Positions 9,292 to 19,380 are shown, numbered from the stretch's first letter. The stretch is DNA of 64,000 nt from an uncultured delta proteobacterium (GCA_963743305.1 CAVUPH010000021.1:15702-79701), one strand, 5' to 3'. Made by a program: numbers and translations. Notes: a model not told the origin generated them from the sequence alone.

Positions 9292-11280
9292 TTGAGTATC
9301 CTATTGGGAAGCGTCTGTATTTTGTTCCTGAGCGGTCTGGCCGCCCTGGCGGATGGAAAATCATTTACCCGGTCCACCTTTTGGGGGGCGGGCGGCACGA
9401 TTTTGGCCTGCCTGGCCGGTTTTTATCCGTCTCTGTCTTGCCTGCTTACGGGCCGGACCGATGTCCTGTCCCTGGATTGGGACATGCCCTTTGGTTCCTT
9501 TCTGGTCGCCCTCGATCCGCTCTCGGCCCTGTTTTTACTGCCCCTTTTGCTGCTCTCGATTCTTTCGGCCCTTTACGGCGCCAGGTATCTGAAGGTCGAG
9601 AAGGAGACCCAGGCTGTCGGGAGCCACTGGTTTTTTTTCAACCTCCTGGTGGCCGGGATGATCATGGTCTTGTTGGCCCGCAACGGGCTCCTCTTTCTGA
9701 TCGCCTGGGAAGGAATGTCCCTGGCCCCCTTTTTCCTGGTTATTTTTGAAGATCACCGGGCCTCGGCTCGGAAGGCCGCCTGGACCTACCTGGTCGCCGC
9801 CCATCTGGGTGGCGTTTTTCTGATTCTGCTCTTTATTTTAATGGGCTGGGATGAAGGGACCCTGGATTTTATCCGACTGGTTCCGGGCGGGGCCCAATCC
9901 CCAATCGGCGCCGGTGGGTTGTTTCTTCTGGCCCTGTTCGGATTCGGGGCCAAGGCGGGTTTCATCCCCCTTCATGTCTGGCTACCCGAAGCCCATCCGG
10001 CAGCGCCGAGTCACGTCTCGGCCCTCATGTCCGGCATCATGATCAAGATGGGGATTTACGGGCTGCTGCGCATCATCACCCTCATAGGCCCGCCGGAGGT
10101 TTGGTGGGCCTATCTGCTGATCGGCATTGGTTTGACATCCGGAATACTGGGGGTACTTTTCGCCCTGGCCCAGCATGACTTGAAACGCCTGCTGGCCTAT
10201 CACAGCGTGGAAAACATCGGCATCATCGCCCTCGGGCTGGGACTGGGTCTTTTGGGACTCAGCATCGGGTCACCCACGCTGGCGGTCCTGGGCTTTGCCG
10301 GAGGGCTGCTTCATGTGATTAATCATGCCCTGTTTAAAGGGCTGCTTTTCTTCGGCGCCGGGGCGGTCCTTCGCGGCACTGGAACCATGGAGATCGATCA
10401 TCTCGGCGGTCTGCAGAAACGGATGCCCTGGACCGGCACCCTGTTTCTGGTCGGGGCAGCAGCCATCTGCGGTCTGCCGCCCTTGAACGGTTTTGTGAGT
10501 GAATTCTTGATTTACCTGGGATCATTGAACGGCCTCCTCTCCCTTCCCGCTGTTCCCTCCGGCGCCCTGGTTGCTTCGCTGGCCGGCCTGGCTCTTATCG
10601 GAGGGCTGGCCGTGGCTTGCTTTACCAAGGCCTATGGCATCATTTTCCTCGGCGAGCCGAGAAGCCAATCGGCCCGACAGGCGAGGGAGGTCGGCCTGCC
10701 CATGCGTACGGCCATGGCGGTTCTGGCCCTGGCCTGTGTGCTCCTCGGATTCGGCGGTCCCTGGGTCGTGGCCGCCCTTGGGCCGGTCATAAAAACTGTG
10801 ACCCTTCTTCCCTCTGAAACCGTGCAGATCGGGTTGGATCAGGCCGGGCTTCCCTTGACGATGATCCTTTATGCGACCTTGGGGCTTCTTTTTTTGACAG
10901 TTCTCCTGACCCTGGCCCGCCGCTTCATTCTTTCGCGACGCGTGGTAAACCGGACCGAAACCTGGGGATGCGGCTACGCCGCCCCCACACCCAGGATGCA
11001 GTACACCTCATCCTCCTTTGCCCAACCCTTGACCGACCTTTTCCGACTATTTCTCCATACGCGGCAAAAGGTCCAAAAACCGAAAGGATTGTTCCCGTCC
11101 AGCGCCTCATTTTTAAGCGAGACGCCCGATGTCTTTCAAAAGGGTTTTTATGAGCCGGCCTTTTCACTGGTGGCCCGCTTGATGTCCGTCCTTCAATGGC
11201 TCCAGCAGGGCCGTGTCCAGATCTACATCCTTTATATCGTGGCGACCCTCTTTCTGATTTTTATCTGGAAATTAATGTAG
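9292..11280 (+). CDS. hyfB: Hydrogenase-4 component B-like antiporter subunit (EhrA/HyfB)
   Basis: AKAGFIPLHVWLPEAHPAAPSHVSALMSG, DLKRLLAYHSVENIG, TWGCGY. Confidence 0.9.
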   Translation: MSILLGSVCILFLSGLAALADGKSFTRSTFWGAGGTILACLAGFYPSLSCLLTGRTDVLSLDWDMPFGSFLVALDPLSALFLLPLLLLSILSALYGARYLKVEKETQAVGSHWFFFNLLVAGMIMVLLARNGLLFLIAWEGMSLAPFFLVIFEDHRASARKAAWTYLVAAHLGGVFLILLFILMGWDEGTLDFIRLVPGGAQSPIGAGGLFLLALFGFGAKAGFIPLHVWLPEAHPAAPSHVSALMSGIMIKMGIYGLLRIITLIGPPEVWWAYLLIGIGLTSGILGVLFALAQHDLKRLLAYHSVENIGIIALGLGLGLLGLSIGSPTLAVLGFAGGLLHVINHALFKGLLFFGAGAVLRGTGTMEIDHLGGLQKRMPWTGTLFLVGAAAICGLPPLNGFVSEFLIYLGSLNGLLSLPAVPSGALVASLAGLALIGGLAVACFTKAYGIIFLGEPRSQSARQAREVGLPMRTAMAVLALACVLLGFGGPWVVAALGPVIKTVTLLPSETVQIGLDQAGLPLTMILYATLGLLFLTVLLTLARRFILSRRVVNRTETWGCGYAAPTPRMQYTSSSFAQPLTDLFRLFLHTRQKVQKPKGLFPSSASFLSETPDVFQKGFYEPAFSLVARLMSVLQWLQQGRVQIYILYIVATLFLIFIWKLM

Positions 11281-11291
11281 GAGCGAAAAAA

Positions 11292-12209
11292 ATGGCGATA
11301 ACGGTCTATGCGCTGATTCCACCGATCCTGGCCCTGTTGGCGGCACCGCTTATGTTGTCCGTCATCAACAAGGTTAAGGCCGCCTTTGCCGGAAGAAGAG
11401 GACTCCCGGTTCTCCAGCCTTACCACGATATCCTGAAGTTGTTGCGCAAGGGGGCAACCTACAGTCAAACGACCACCTGGGTTTTTAAGGCCGGCCCACT
11501 GGTAGCCCTCGTCAGCACCCTGATGGCCCTGTTGCTGGTGCCCCTGGGGTCCTGCCCGGCCCTGTTGGCCTTTCCGGGGGATTTTGTCCTTTTGGCCTAT
11601 CTTTTTGGACTGGGGCGTTTTTTTACCGTCATTGCCGCCCTGGACACCGGGTCAAGTTTTGAGGGCATGGGGGCCAGCCGGGAGGTGACCTTCTCCGCTT
11701 TGGCCGAGCCGGCCTTTTTTCTGGGTCTGGCCGCTGTGGCCCGCCTTTCGGGAAGCGCCTCGTTGTCCGGCATGTTTTCCCTTATTAACGGCCGCCTTTG
11801 GAGTGCTTCAGGCCCAGTTCTGATGCTGGTCGCCGTGGCCTTGGGGGTGATCCTTCTCGCCGAAAACGCCAGAATCCCCATCGATGACCCCAACACCCAT
11901 CTGGAACTGACCATGATTCATGAGGTTATGGTCCTCGATCACAGCGGCCCCGAGTTCGGCGCCATCCTCTATGGATCGGCCCTCAAGCTGTGGATCATGG
12001 GCGCCATCCTGACCGGGATTCTGCTCCCGACCCATGGAGGGCCTTGGCTGCTTAGTTTGCTGGTCTCGGTCGCCGGTCTGCTGGGCCTGGCCGTTATCAT
12101 TGGGATAGTAGAGTCTTCCATGGCCAGAATGCGGCTGGTTCGAGTCCCCCAGTTGCTGACCAGCGCCGTGGGTCTCTGCGCCCTGGCCTTGATTCTGACG
12201 TTGAGGTAA
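11292..12209 (+). CDS. hyfC: HyfC/HycD (NuoH-like) membrane subunit (EhrB)
   Basis: GRRGLPVLQPYHDILKLLRK, DTGSSFEGMGASRE, ENARIPIDDPNTHLELTMIHE. Confidence 0.9.
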   Translation: MAITVYALIPPILALLAAPLMLSVINKVKAAFAGRRGLPVLQPYHDILKLLRKGATYSQTTTWVFKAGPLVALVSTLMALLLVPLGSCPALLAFPGDFVLLAYLFGLGRFFTVIAALDTGSSFEGMGASREVTFSALAEPAFFLGLAAVARLSGSASLSGMFSLINGRLWSASGPVLMLVAVALGVILLAENARIPIDDPNTHLELTMIHEVMVLDHSGPEFGAILYGSALKLWIMGAILTGILLPTHGGPWLLSLLVSVAGLLGLAVIIGIVESSMARMRLVRVPQLLTSAVGLCALALILTLR

Positions 12210-12212
12210 TCG

Positions 12213-12854
12213 ATGAATCATTTTATTGACCTGGCCTTGCTCTTGCTTATCCTGACTAATTTTTTACTGCTGGGATCAAGCCGTCTTCGAACCTGTATCC
12301 GTCTGGTGGCCTTTCAGGGTTTTATCCTTGGCCTGCTCCCTTTCTTTTTTTCTTCGGCCATGAGTTGGCGCACCACGGTCATCGCCCTGCTGGCCATGAT
12401 CCTCAAAGGCGGGGTGTTTCCCTGGCTCCTGTTACGGGCCTTAGGTCTGGCCAGCTTCCACCGCGAAGAGGAACCCTTTGTCGGCTATTCGACCTCGCTT
12501 CTGGTTGGGGTAGCGGCCCTATTGGCCTCTCTTTGGTTCGATACCCGTCTGGGTCTGCGGGTAGTGGTCGAAGACGGGTTGGCCGTGCCGCTCTCCTTCT
12601 TTACCATCCTGGTGGGCCTTTTTCTGTTGATGACCCGCAAAAAGGCCCTGACCCAAATATTAGGGTATCTGGTGCTGGAAAACGGCATTTACGCCTTTGG
12701 GATCTCCCTGGTCCGGGGCATTCCTTTTTCCGTGGAGCTTGGCGTGTTGCTGGATGTCTGGGTGGCCGTCTTTGTCATGGTGGTGGCCACCTATCACATT
12801 AGCCGTCAATTTGAACATACCGACGTGGATAAACTGAACCGACTGAAAGGTTGA
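12213..12854 (+). CDS. hyfE: HyfE-like membrane subunit (EhrC)
   Basis: Hydrophobic; RKKALTQILGYLVLENGI, VELGVLLD. Confidence 0.88.
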   Translation: MNHFIDLALLLLILTNFLLLGSSRLRTCIRLVAFQGFILGLLPFFFSSAMSWRTTVIALLAMILKGGVFPWLLLRALGLASFHREEEPFVGYSTSLLVGVAALLASLWFDTRLGLRVVVEDGLAVPLSFFTILVGLFLLMTRKKALTQILGYLVLENGIYAFGISLVRGIPFSVELGVLLDVWVAVFVMVVATYHISRQFEHTDVDKLNRLKG

Positions 12855-12857
12855 TTT

Positions 12858-14348
12858 TTGATGGATTTTGGAATGCTTCTCTGGCTTATCCTCCTGGTGC
12901 CGGTTGTTGCCGCCGGCCTTTGCCAGTTAATGAAACCGGGCCGGAAAATAATGGCCTTTATTTTGGCCGGAGTTCTGACCGACGGGGCCCTCTGCCTGAT
13001 TGCCGCCTACCGGGTGGTCATGGATGGCCCGGTGGCGGCCCTGGGCGGCTGGCTCTACCTGGACTCCCTTTCCGCCTATCACCTGGTGGTCATGTCCATC
13101 GTCTTTGTCATGAGTTCTGTTTACGGCCGGCACTACTTTGATGAGGAACTCCGTTCGGGGCTGTTCACCTTGGCGGGGGTGCGTCGCTATGGAACGTTGT
13201 GGTTTGCCTCCCTGGCGGCCATGACCCTGGTTCTGGTTTCCAACAGCGTGGGGATCATGTGGGTCGGCATGGAGGCGACGACCCTGGTCACGGCCTTTCT
13301 CATCTGTGTGCACAAGGAGAAGGCCGCGATTGAGGCCATGTGGAAGTACTTGATCGTCTGCTCGGTGGGGATTGCCTTTGCCTTTTTGGGGACGATTCTG
13401 GTGGCGGCCTCGACCAATGCCCTTCCGGCCGGGATGGCCGACACCCTTTTCTGGACCAACCTGCGGACGGCCGCGGGATCTCTGGATCCAACCCTCATCA
13501 AAGCCGGATTTCTTTTCGTCCTGGTCGGGTATGGGACCAAGGCCGGGCTGGCCCCGATGCATACCTGGCTTCCCGATGCCCACAGTCAGGCCCCCACGCC
13601 GGTATCGGCTATTTTTTCCGGCTTTATGCTCACGGCCGCCCTTTACTGCATCATGAGACATATCGCCCTGGTGAACGCCGTCCTAAAAACCCCTCAATTT
13701 ACCAATGATCTTATCCTCTTTTTCGGGGTGGTTTCCATCATGGTGGCCGCGGCTTTTATCCTGATTCAGCATGATGTCAAACGGCTCCTGGCCTATCATA
13801 GCGTCGAGCATCTGGGGATTATTGCCCTTGGTCTGGGGTTGGGTCCCCTGGGGGTTTTTGCCGCCCTGTTTCACACCCTGAACCACTCGGTCTGCAAATC
13901 CTTGGGGTTCTTCTGTGCCGGGAGCTTGGGAAAAATCTATCAAACCTATGATATGAGGCAAATCAAAGGGGCCCTGCATGTATCGCCCATCTGGGGCACT
14001 GGGCTTTTGGGAAGTTTGCTGGCCCTCATCGGCGTTGCCCCCTTTGCCCTTTTTATCAGCGAATGGCTGATCGTCAAGTCGGCCATGGAGACTCGGTCCA
14101 TCGTTCCTCTGATTTTTTTTCTCTTCGGCAGCAGCGTGGTTTTCGTGGCCGCCTTGCAGCATGCCATTCCCATTGTCTGGGGAAAACCGTCCCTCGCCCC
14201 GGAGACCGTTCCGGAACGGGCCAGGCCCACGGAAATTTCCCTGGTTTTTGTTTCCCTGGGTCTGTTGCTGGTCCTGGGGATCTGGATGCCGCCAGGGTTG
14301 CGGCAGATGCTGGAACAGGCGGCCCTAATCGTGGGGGGGGCCAAATGA
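12858..14348 (+). CDS. hyfF: HyfF-like antiporter subunit (EhrD)
   Basis: MWVGMEATTL, EAMWKY, GYGTKAGLAPMHTWLPDAHSQAP. Confidence 0.9.
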   Translation: MMDFGMLLWLILLVPVVAAGLCQLMKPGRKIMAFILAGVLTDGALCLIAAYRVVMDGPVAALGGWLYLDSLSAYHLVVMSIVFVMSSVYGRHYFDEELRSGLFTLAGVRRYGTLWFASLAAMTLVLVSNSVGIMWVGMEATTLVTAFLICVHKEKAAIEAMWKYLIVCSVGIAFAFLGTILVAASTNALPAGMADTLFWTNLRTAAGSLDPTLIKAGFLFVLVGYGTKAGLAPMHTWLPDAHSQAPTPVSAIFSGFMLTAALYCIMRHIALVNAVLKTPQFTNDLILFFGVVSIMVAAAFILIQHDVKRLLAYHSVEHLGIIALGLGLGPLGVFAALFHTLNHSVCKSLGFFCAGSLGKIYQTYDMRQIKGALHVSPIWGTGLLGSLLALIGVAPFALFISEWLIVKSAMETRSIVPLIFFLFGSSVVFVAALQHAIPIVWGKPSLAPETVPERARPTEISLVFVSLGLLLVLGIWMPPGLRQMLEQAALIVGGAK

Positions 14349-15865
14349 AGGGCCGGTCTTTTATGCGTTTCCACAATGGGGAACAAATCGATCTGGTGGA
14401 TATTCCCCTGGTGGATAGGAACACCTTCAGGTCCGTGGTCATTCATGAAGTGGAATCCGGCGGCCGCATCAATGGTCTTTTTATTTGGCCGAACGACAGC
14501 CAAACCTGGCTCGTGGGGATCTTGGGCCACGCCGAAACGGGCAGTTTCACCATCCTCAGCGCACCGGTTGATGCGGCTTATCCGGCCCTAACGCCTGAGT
14601 GTCCGCAAGCCCACTGGTTTGAAAGAGAAATCGCCGAACAGTGGGGGATTCGTCCGGAAGGTCATCCCTGGCTCAAACCGATCCGTTTTCACGGTCCTTA
14701 TCGCCCGGGACCGGATGTGTGGGGGAAAGACACCGGGAGCCCGATCTTGCCGGGGGTGACTGATTTTTTTCAGGTCGCAGGTGTTGAGATCCACGAGGTG
14801 GCCGTGGGTCCTGTCCATGCCGGTATCATTGAACCGGGGCATTTCCGGTTCCAGTGCCACGGGGAAAAGGTTTTGCACCTGGAAATCGCCCTGGGATTCC
14901 AGCACCGGGGAGTGGAAAAGGCCCTGCAGGGCGGACCGGACAAACGGACGATTCATTATATGGAAACGCTGGCCGGCGACACCACCATCGGTCATGCCAC
15001 CGCCTATGCCCAGGCCATTGAGTCCCTTTCCGGCTGCCATCCGACGGCTCGGGCCCAGGCCCTCCGGGGAATCGCCCTGGAGCTGGAACGGGTAGCCAAT
15101 CACATCGGCGACCTCGGAGCCGTTGCCGGCGATATCGGATACCTGCCCACGGCTTCTTTTTGCGGACGAATCCGGGGGGATTTTCTAAATATGACCGCCC
15201 TGGTTTGCGGAAACCGATTCGGAAGGGGCTGGATACGGCCGGGGGGAGTCGGGTTTGACCTGGACGCGGAAAGGGCCTCCGCGCTGGCCGACAGGATCAA
15301 AAAAGGGCTGGCCCAGGTGGCCGATGCCTTTCATCTGCTGCAGCACACTCCGTCCGTGCGGGCCCGCCTGGAAGATACGGGTATGGTGCCCAAAAAAACC
15401 GCCCGGGATCTGGGGCTGGTGGGACCGGCGGCCAGGGCCTGCGGGCTTAAGCGCGATGTGCGTTTCGAATTCCCCTCCGGGATCTACACCGTGAGTCATA
15501 TCCCGCTTTCCACCTGGGAAGGGGGAGACGTCTTTGCCCGGGTCTATGTCCGCTGGCTGGAAATACAGAAATCCGGCGATTTTATTTTAGACCAACTCCA
15601 GGCCCTGCCCGGGGGGGCCCTTTTTAAGGAATCAGGCCCGTTGGCCGCCTCAAAAATGGTCGTCTCGCTGGTGGAAGGGTGGCGTGGAGAGATCTGCCAT
15701 GTGGCCATAACGGACAAAACCGGCCGGTTTGTCCGTTACAAGATAATCGACCCTTCCTTTCACAATTGGATGGGGCTGGCCATGGCGCTCAGAAATCAGC
15801 AGATCTCCGATTTTCCGCTGTGCAACAAAAGTTTCAATCTCTCTTACTGCGGTCACGATCTTTAA
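14345..15865 (+). CDS. hyfG: HyfG/HycE-like large subunit lacking NiFe-binding CxxC pairs (EhrL)
   Basis: WFEREIAE, VGPVHAGIIEPGHFRF, ELERVANH, VEGWRGE; ETLAGDTT and DFPLCNKSFNLSY replace the L1/L2 Cys motifs; ATGA overlap with hyfF. Confidence 0.9.
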   Translation: MKGRSFMRFHNGEQIDLVDIPLVDRNTFRSVVIHEVESGGRINGLFIWPNDSQTWLVGILGHAETGSFTILSAPVDAAYPALTPECPQAHWFEREIAEQWGIRPEGHPWLKPIRFHGPYRPGPDVWGKDTGSPILPGVTDFFQVAGVEIHEVAVGPVHAGIIEPGHFRFQCHGEKVLHLEIALGFQHRGVEKALQGGPDKRTIHYMETLAGDTTIGHATAYAQAIESLSGCHPTARAQALRGIALELERVANHIGDLGAVAGDIGYLPTASFCGRIRGDFLNMTALVCGNRFGRGWIRPGGVGFDLDAERASALADRIKKGLAQVADAFHLLQHTPSVRARLEDTGMVPKKTARDLGLVGPAARACGLKRDVRFEFPSGIYTVSHIPLSTWEGGDVFARVYVRWLEIQKSGDFILDQLQALPGGALFKESGPLAASKMVVSLVEGWRGEICHVAITDKTGRFVRYKIIDPSFHNWMGLAMALRNQQISDFPLCNKSFNLSYCGHDL

Positions 15866-15874
15866 GGAGCAGCG

Positions 15875-16645
15875 ATGTTTAAGGCACTGGCCACGCGATT
15901 AAAGCAAGGTCGGCGGACCATCCCTTTCCCGCCTCGGGAAACGGGGCTTTCCGACCGCTACCTGGGCCGTCCGGAAATCGATTCCTCAAAATGCTCTCCC
16001 AACTGTCAGGCCTGTGAAAATGTTTGCCCGACAAAGGCCCTGTCAATCACCCCGGGGGGACTTCATCTCGACCTGGGCCGGTGTCTCTTTTGCGGGGAAT
16101 GCCGACAGGCCTGCCCTGCCGGTGTCATTGATTTTGGCCAAGATTACCGGCTCTCCGTTCGCCATCGGGAAGATCTCATCATTCCGGGGGAGAAGTTTTT
16201 ATTGGCCGACCCGCTTGAAGACAGCTTAAGGCGCTTATTCGGACGATCCTTGAAACTGCGCCAAGTTTGTGCCGGAGGGTGCAATGCCTGCGAGGCCGAT
16301 GTTAATGTCCTGGGAACGATCACCTATGATATGGGACGGTTCGGAATTGAATTCGTCGCTTCTCCCCGCCATGCCGACGGGCTGCTGATCACCGGACCGG
16401 TGACTCAAAACATGGCTTTAGCCCTCCAAAAAACCTTTGAGGCGGTCCCCTCTCCCAAGATCGTTATAGCCTCCGGGGCCTGCGCCATATCCGGCGGCCC
16501 CTATGCGGATCATGCGGAGGTGCAAAACGGCTGCGCCGCTACTGTCCCGGTTGATCTTTATATCCCGGGATGCCCGCCCCATCCCCTGACCATACTCGAT
16601 GGCCTGTTGCGTCTTCTCAATCGGGTTCCCGGGGGGAATGAATAG
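15875..16645 (+). CDS. hyfI: 2x[4Fe-4S] ferredoxin fused to HyfI/NuoB-like small subunit (EhrS)
   Basis: CxxxCxxCxxxCP, CLFCGECRQACP; GGCNACE, SPRHAD, GACAISGG, IPGCPPHP. Confidence 0.9.
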   Translation: MFKALATRLKQGRRTIPFPPRETGLSDRYLGRPEIDSSKCSPNCQACENVCPTKALSITPGGLHLDLGRCLFCGECRQACPAGVIDFGQDYRLSVRHREDLIIPGEKFLLADPLEDSLRRLFGRSLKLRQVCAGGCNACEADVNVLGTITYDMGRFGIEFVASPRHADGLLITGPVTQNMALALQKTFEAVPSPKIVIASGACAISGGPYADHAEVQNGCAATVPVDLYIPGCPPHPLTILDGLLRLLNRVPGGNE

Positions 16646-16741
16646 AATTTCCCGAATTGCTGCCTGGGGATAACGTCTTGAATATAGGGCCGCACATCAA
16701 AGGCCGGTTCCCTGAAGTTGATATTCACCCGGTTGATGATA

Positions 16742-17075
16742 CGGGGAGAGACCATCTACTCCTATCCCCCCTTGCGGATGTTCGAGATTTGGAAGGATCG
16801 GTTTTTTAACGCGGCCCGCTCAAAGTCGGAAAGGTTGCTTTTGGCCGGGATCGACTACAGCGAGGAGCCCCTGGCGGCCTATATCGCCGCCCAACCACCC
16901 CGCTCCTTCTGCCGAACCTTTGCCGAGCGTCAAGGTAAAAAAATTGGCTATCTGCCGATCGGCCAGTTTTCACCGGCATTGCTTAAATCGATCCGTTTTT
17001 TTCACGTGTTGGAGAGCCACGAACTGCGTGCGGCCGCCCACCGGTATATTCGTTGATTTTCTTGAAGAATTCCAT
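16742..17075 (+). repeat. Direct repeat, right copy: internally deleted pseudo-copy of the 3' part of the 614-aa gene
   Basis: 16742-16770 matches 7687-7715 (27/29); 16762-17075 matches 8097-8410. Confidence 0.93.
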
Positions 17076-17364
17076 TGACCTGGATTTTGGGGCTTCCGCG
17101 ACTCCATCGTCTCCTTGAACTATGAGGTCCGCCGGAGGCCCAGGGTGTAGTTCGTCCCCTTTTTGGTAGTCCCCCCCCGTTTCCCCTTCTTCCCGGCGGT
17201 GCGCAATGTCTAATCCTTCAACACCCCTTTTCTTTCAGAATACCTCCCCCTTGCTTTGGGGCCAATTTATTCCCTTGCTCTCGTCTTTTCCTTTTTATAT
17301 ACTCGTTCCAGCTTTAAGAAAATACTTATCAATATTAAATACCTGTCCTTAAAGAGAGGCCTCC

Positions 17365-18615
17365 ATGAGTCGTTTTGGTGCAATAGCTAGGCGGTGTGCA
17401 TTTGGCGCGGCACTACCAATAATGTTTGTGATTATCTCAACCTCGGCATCGGCCCAGGGTGACACGGTCACCATGGAGGCCAACACTGATCGCATGGGCG
17501 GCGACTATCGCCGCATCGATGCCAGCCCGTCGGTGGAGGCATGCCATTCCGCCTGCGTCGCCGATAAGGAGTGCGACGCCTATACGTACGTGAAGTCCGC
17601 ACACCATTGCTGGCTGAAGAAGGGCGTACCCGGGCCGGCCCCCAATAACGACACCGTATCCGGCGTAAAGAAGCGCGCGGTCGGGGGCGGAAGCTGCGCG
17701 ACCGTGAATGGAATGACCTGCGAGCCCAATACCGATCGGATGGGCGCTGACTACCGAAGAATCGATGCCGCGCCTTCGGTGCAGTTCTGTCAGAACCAAT
17801 GCGCCACGGACCCCAAGTGCGCCGCGTACACCTATGTGAAGTCTGCCTTCCATTGCTGGTTGAAGACCGGCGTACCCAATGCAGCGAGCAACAGCGATAC
17901 ATACTCTGGCGTGAAGTTACGGGGACCAACTCCTGCGACGACGCCCGCAAAAGAACCCGTGGATTCAAAAACATATCTTGATCCAAAGATCAATGGACGC
18001 CATGTGGATAATTGCCTGAACTGGGGGAGCAACTGTCAAAAGCCGGCCGCAGACTATTTCTGCCGGCAAAATGGTTTCTCCGGTGCGATTTCGTTCGAAC
18101 TTGCCAAGCGTCGCCCAACGTGGGTTATGGGAGATAACAAGGAATGTAACGAGGACTTCTGCCTCGGATTCTCGCGCATCGTATGTGGGGGCGGAACCGC
18201 GAGCGCCCCTGCCGATCGGAGCGGCTCGGATGAAAGCAGAACGAAGATCGGCCAACCCGGGAATGAATCGGTTATATTTTATAACGGCAATGAAGCCGGT
18301 GTTTCACCGGGAGGTAAAAATCCGCGCTTCAGTATAGACCGTCCAGTACGGATCACTTATATTTTTACCTATCATTATGGCTACACGGGGGCGCCGGGAA
18401 ATATACGGATAATGAACGTAAATGGTGCCGAGATAGGTATCTGGCAGGCACGAGGAAGGTCAGGAAGTCCTAACCCATCGTATTATTGGGAGATTACACC
18501 GAATGTCGAACTGCAATCCGGCACCTACTTGATAGAAACCTCCAGTCGGGGCTCTTGGTCACAAAACGCGGGATCAGGGGGATACGGCATGGTACAGATC
18601 AAGGGCGTTCACTAA
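17365..18615 (+). CDS. Secreted multidomain protein with two PAN/Apple repeats, a Cys-rich domain and an uncharacterised C-terminal domain
   Basis: Signal peptide ending ASA-Q; repeated E.NTDRMG.DYRRIDA..SV..C...C..D..C.AYTYVKSA.HCWLK. Confidence 0.85.
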   Translation: MSRFGAIARRCAFGAALPIMFVIISTSASAQGDTVTMEANTDRMGGDYRRIDASPSVEACHSACVADKECDAYTYVKSAHHCWLKKGVPGPAPNNDTVSGVKKRAVGGGSCATVNGMTCEPNTDRMGADYRRIDAAPSVQFCQNQCATDPKCAAYTYVKSAFHCWLKTGVPNAASNSDTYSGVKLRGPTPATTPAKEPVDSKTYLDPKINGRHVDNCLNWGSNCQKPAADYFCRQNGFSGAISFELAKRRPTWVMGDNKECNEDFCLGFSRIVCGGGTASAPADRSGSDESRTKIGQPGNESVIFYNGNEAGVSPGGKNPRFSIDRPVRITYIFTYHYGYTGAPGNIRIMNVNGAEIGIWQARGRSGSPNPSYYWEITPNVELQSGTYLIETSSRGSWSQNAGSGGYGMVQIKGVH

Positions 18616-18778
18616 CCCCCCTGGGTCCGGACTTTTCTGGTTTGCCGATACCCGATTGAAGGGAAGCGCCAATGACCGTCAAAGATCCCTTTGGCAACGG
18701 TTATTGCCATCGCGATGGTCGGCTCCTGTTGGGCTAAGTCGATACTCGGACATCAACGAAAAAGCGAAATGAACCAAA

Positions 18779-19293
18779 TCAACGAGATAGTTTTGCGGTT
18801 ACTTGATACAACATACGGAAACCCGGCGCCACTTTTTGATCCGGGTCTCCGAGAAGATCCTTCAATTGGTGCGGGGTAAAAAATCTTCCTTCGGTGGCCT
18901 CTTCCAGGTTCAGGCGGATAGGTTCGTCGGTCCGGCCGACAAAAAGGGTTACAAATTCCCAACCGGTTTCTTGACCGGCCGGATGCCGGTAGACCTCGGT
19001 TAATTCGGTAGTAATCCCCAGTTCCTCAGCCAGTTCCCGATGTGCGGCTATTTCCTTCGCTTTCCCCGGGGTTCAGGTGGCCGGCGGCCGAGGAATCCCA
19101 ATGTTCCGGGTATTGGTCTTTTCGAGGGGATCGTTTCTGCAGATAGATTTCCCCCCGAGAATTAAAAATGAAAATATGCACCGAACGGTGCCAAAGCCCT
19201 TGCCGGTGGATCTCCGCCCGGTCCCGGATCCCGGTGACCCGGTTGTTTTCATCGACTATTTCCAAGATTTCATGTTCGGGAGAATGGGTGCAT
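18779..19293 (-). pseudogene. NUDIX hydrolase (IDI type 1/YfcD-like) with two apparent +1 frameshifts
   Basis: EIVDENN...HRSVHIFIFN...LQKRS..KD.YP..WDSSAAGH, then Nudix box AAHRELAEELG in another frame; extra base right after the ATG and near 19060. Confidence 0.8.
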
Positions 19294-19380
19294 CGGTTTT
19301 TCCTGCCTTTTGGTTTAATACGAAAATAAAATCGAATTTCGAATATTGAACACCGAATTTCGAATGATGAAGTGGTTCTT

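Noticed and set aside
14345-15865. Functional NiFe hydrogenase / formate hydrogenlyase
   Set aside because: Both NiFe-ligating CxxC motifs are absent; no fdh or hyp genes nearby
16718-17056. Independent 112-aa gene
   Set aside because: It is the deleted duplicate of the 614-aa gene 3' end, with a fortuitous TTG start
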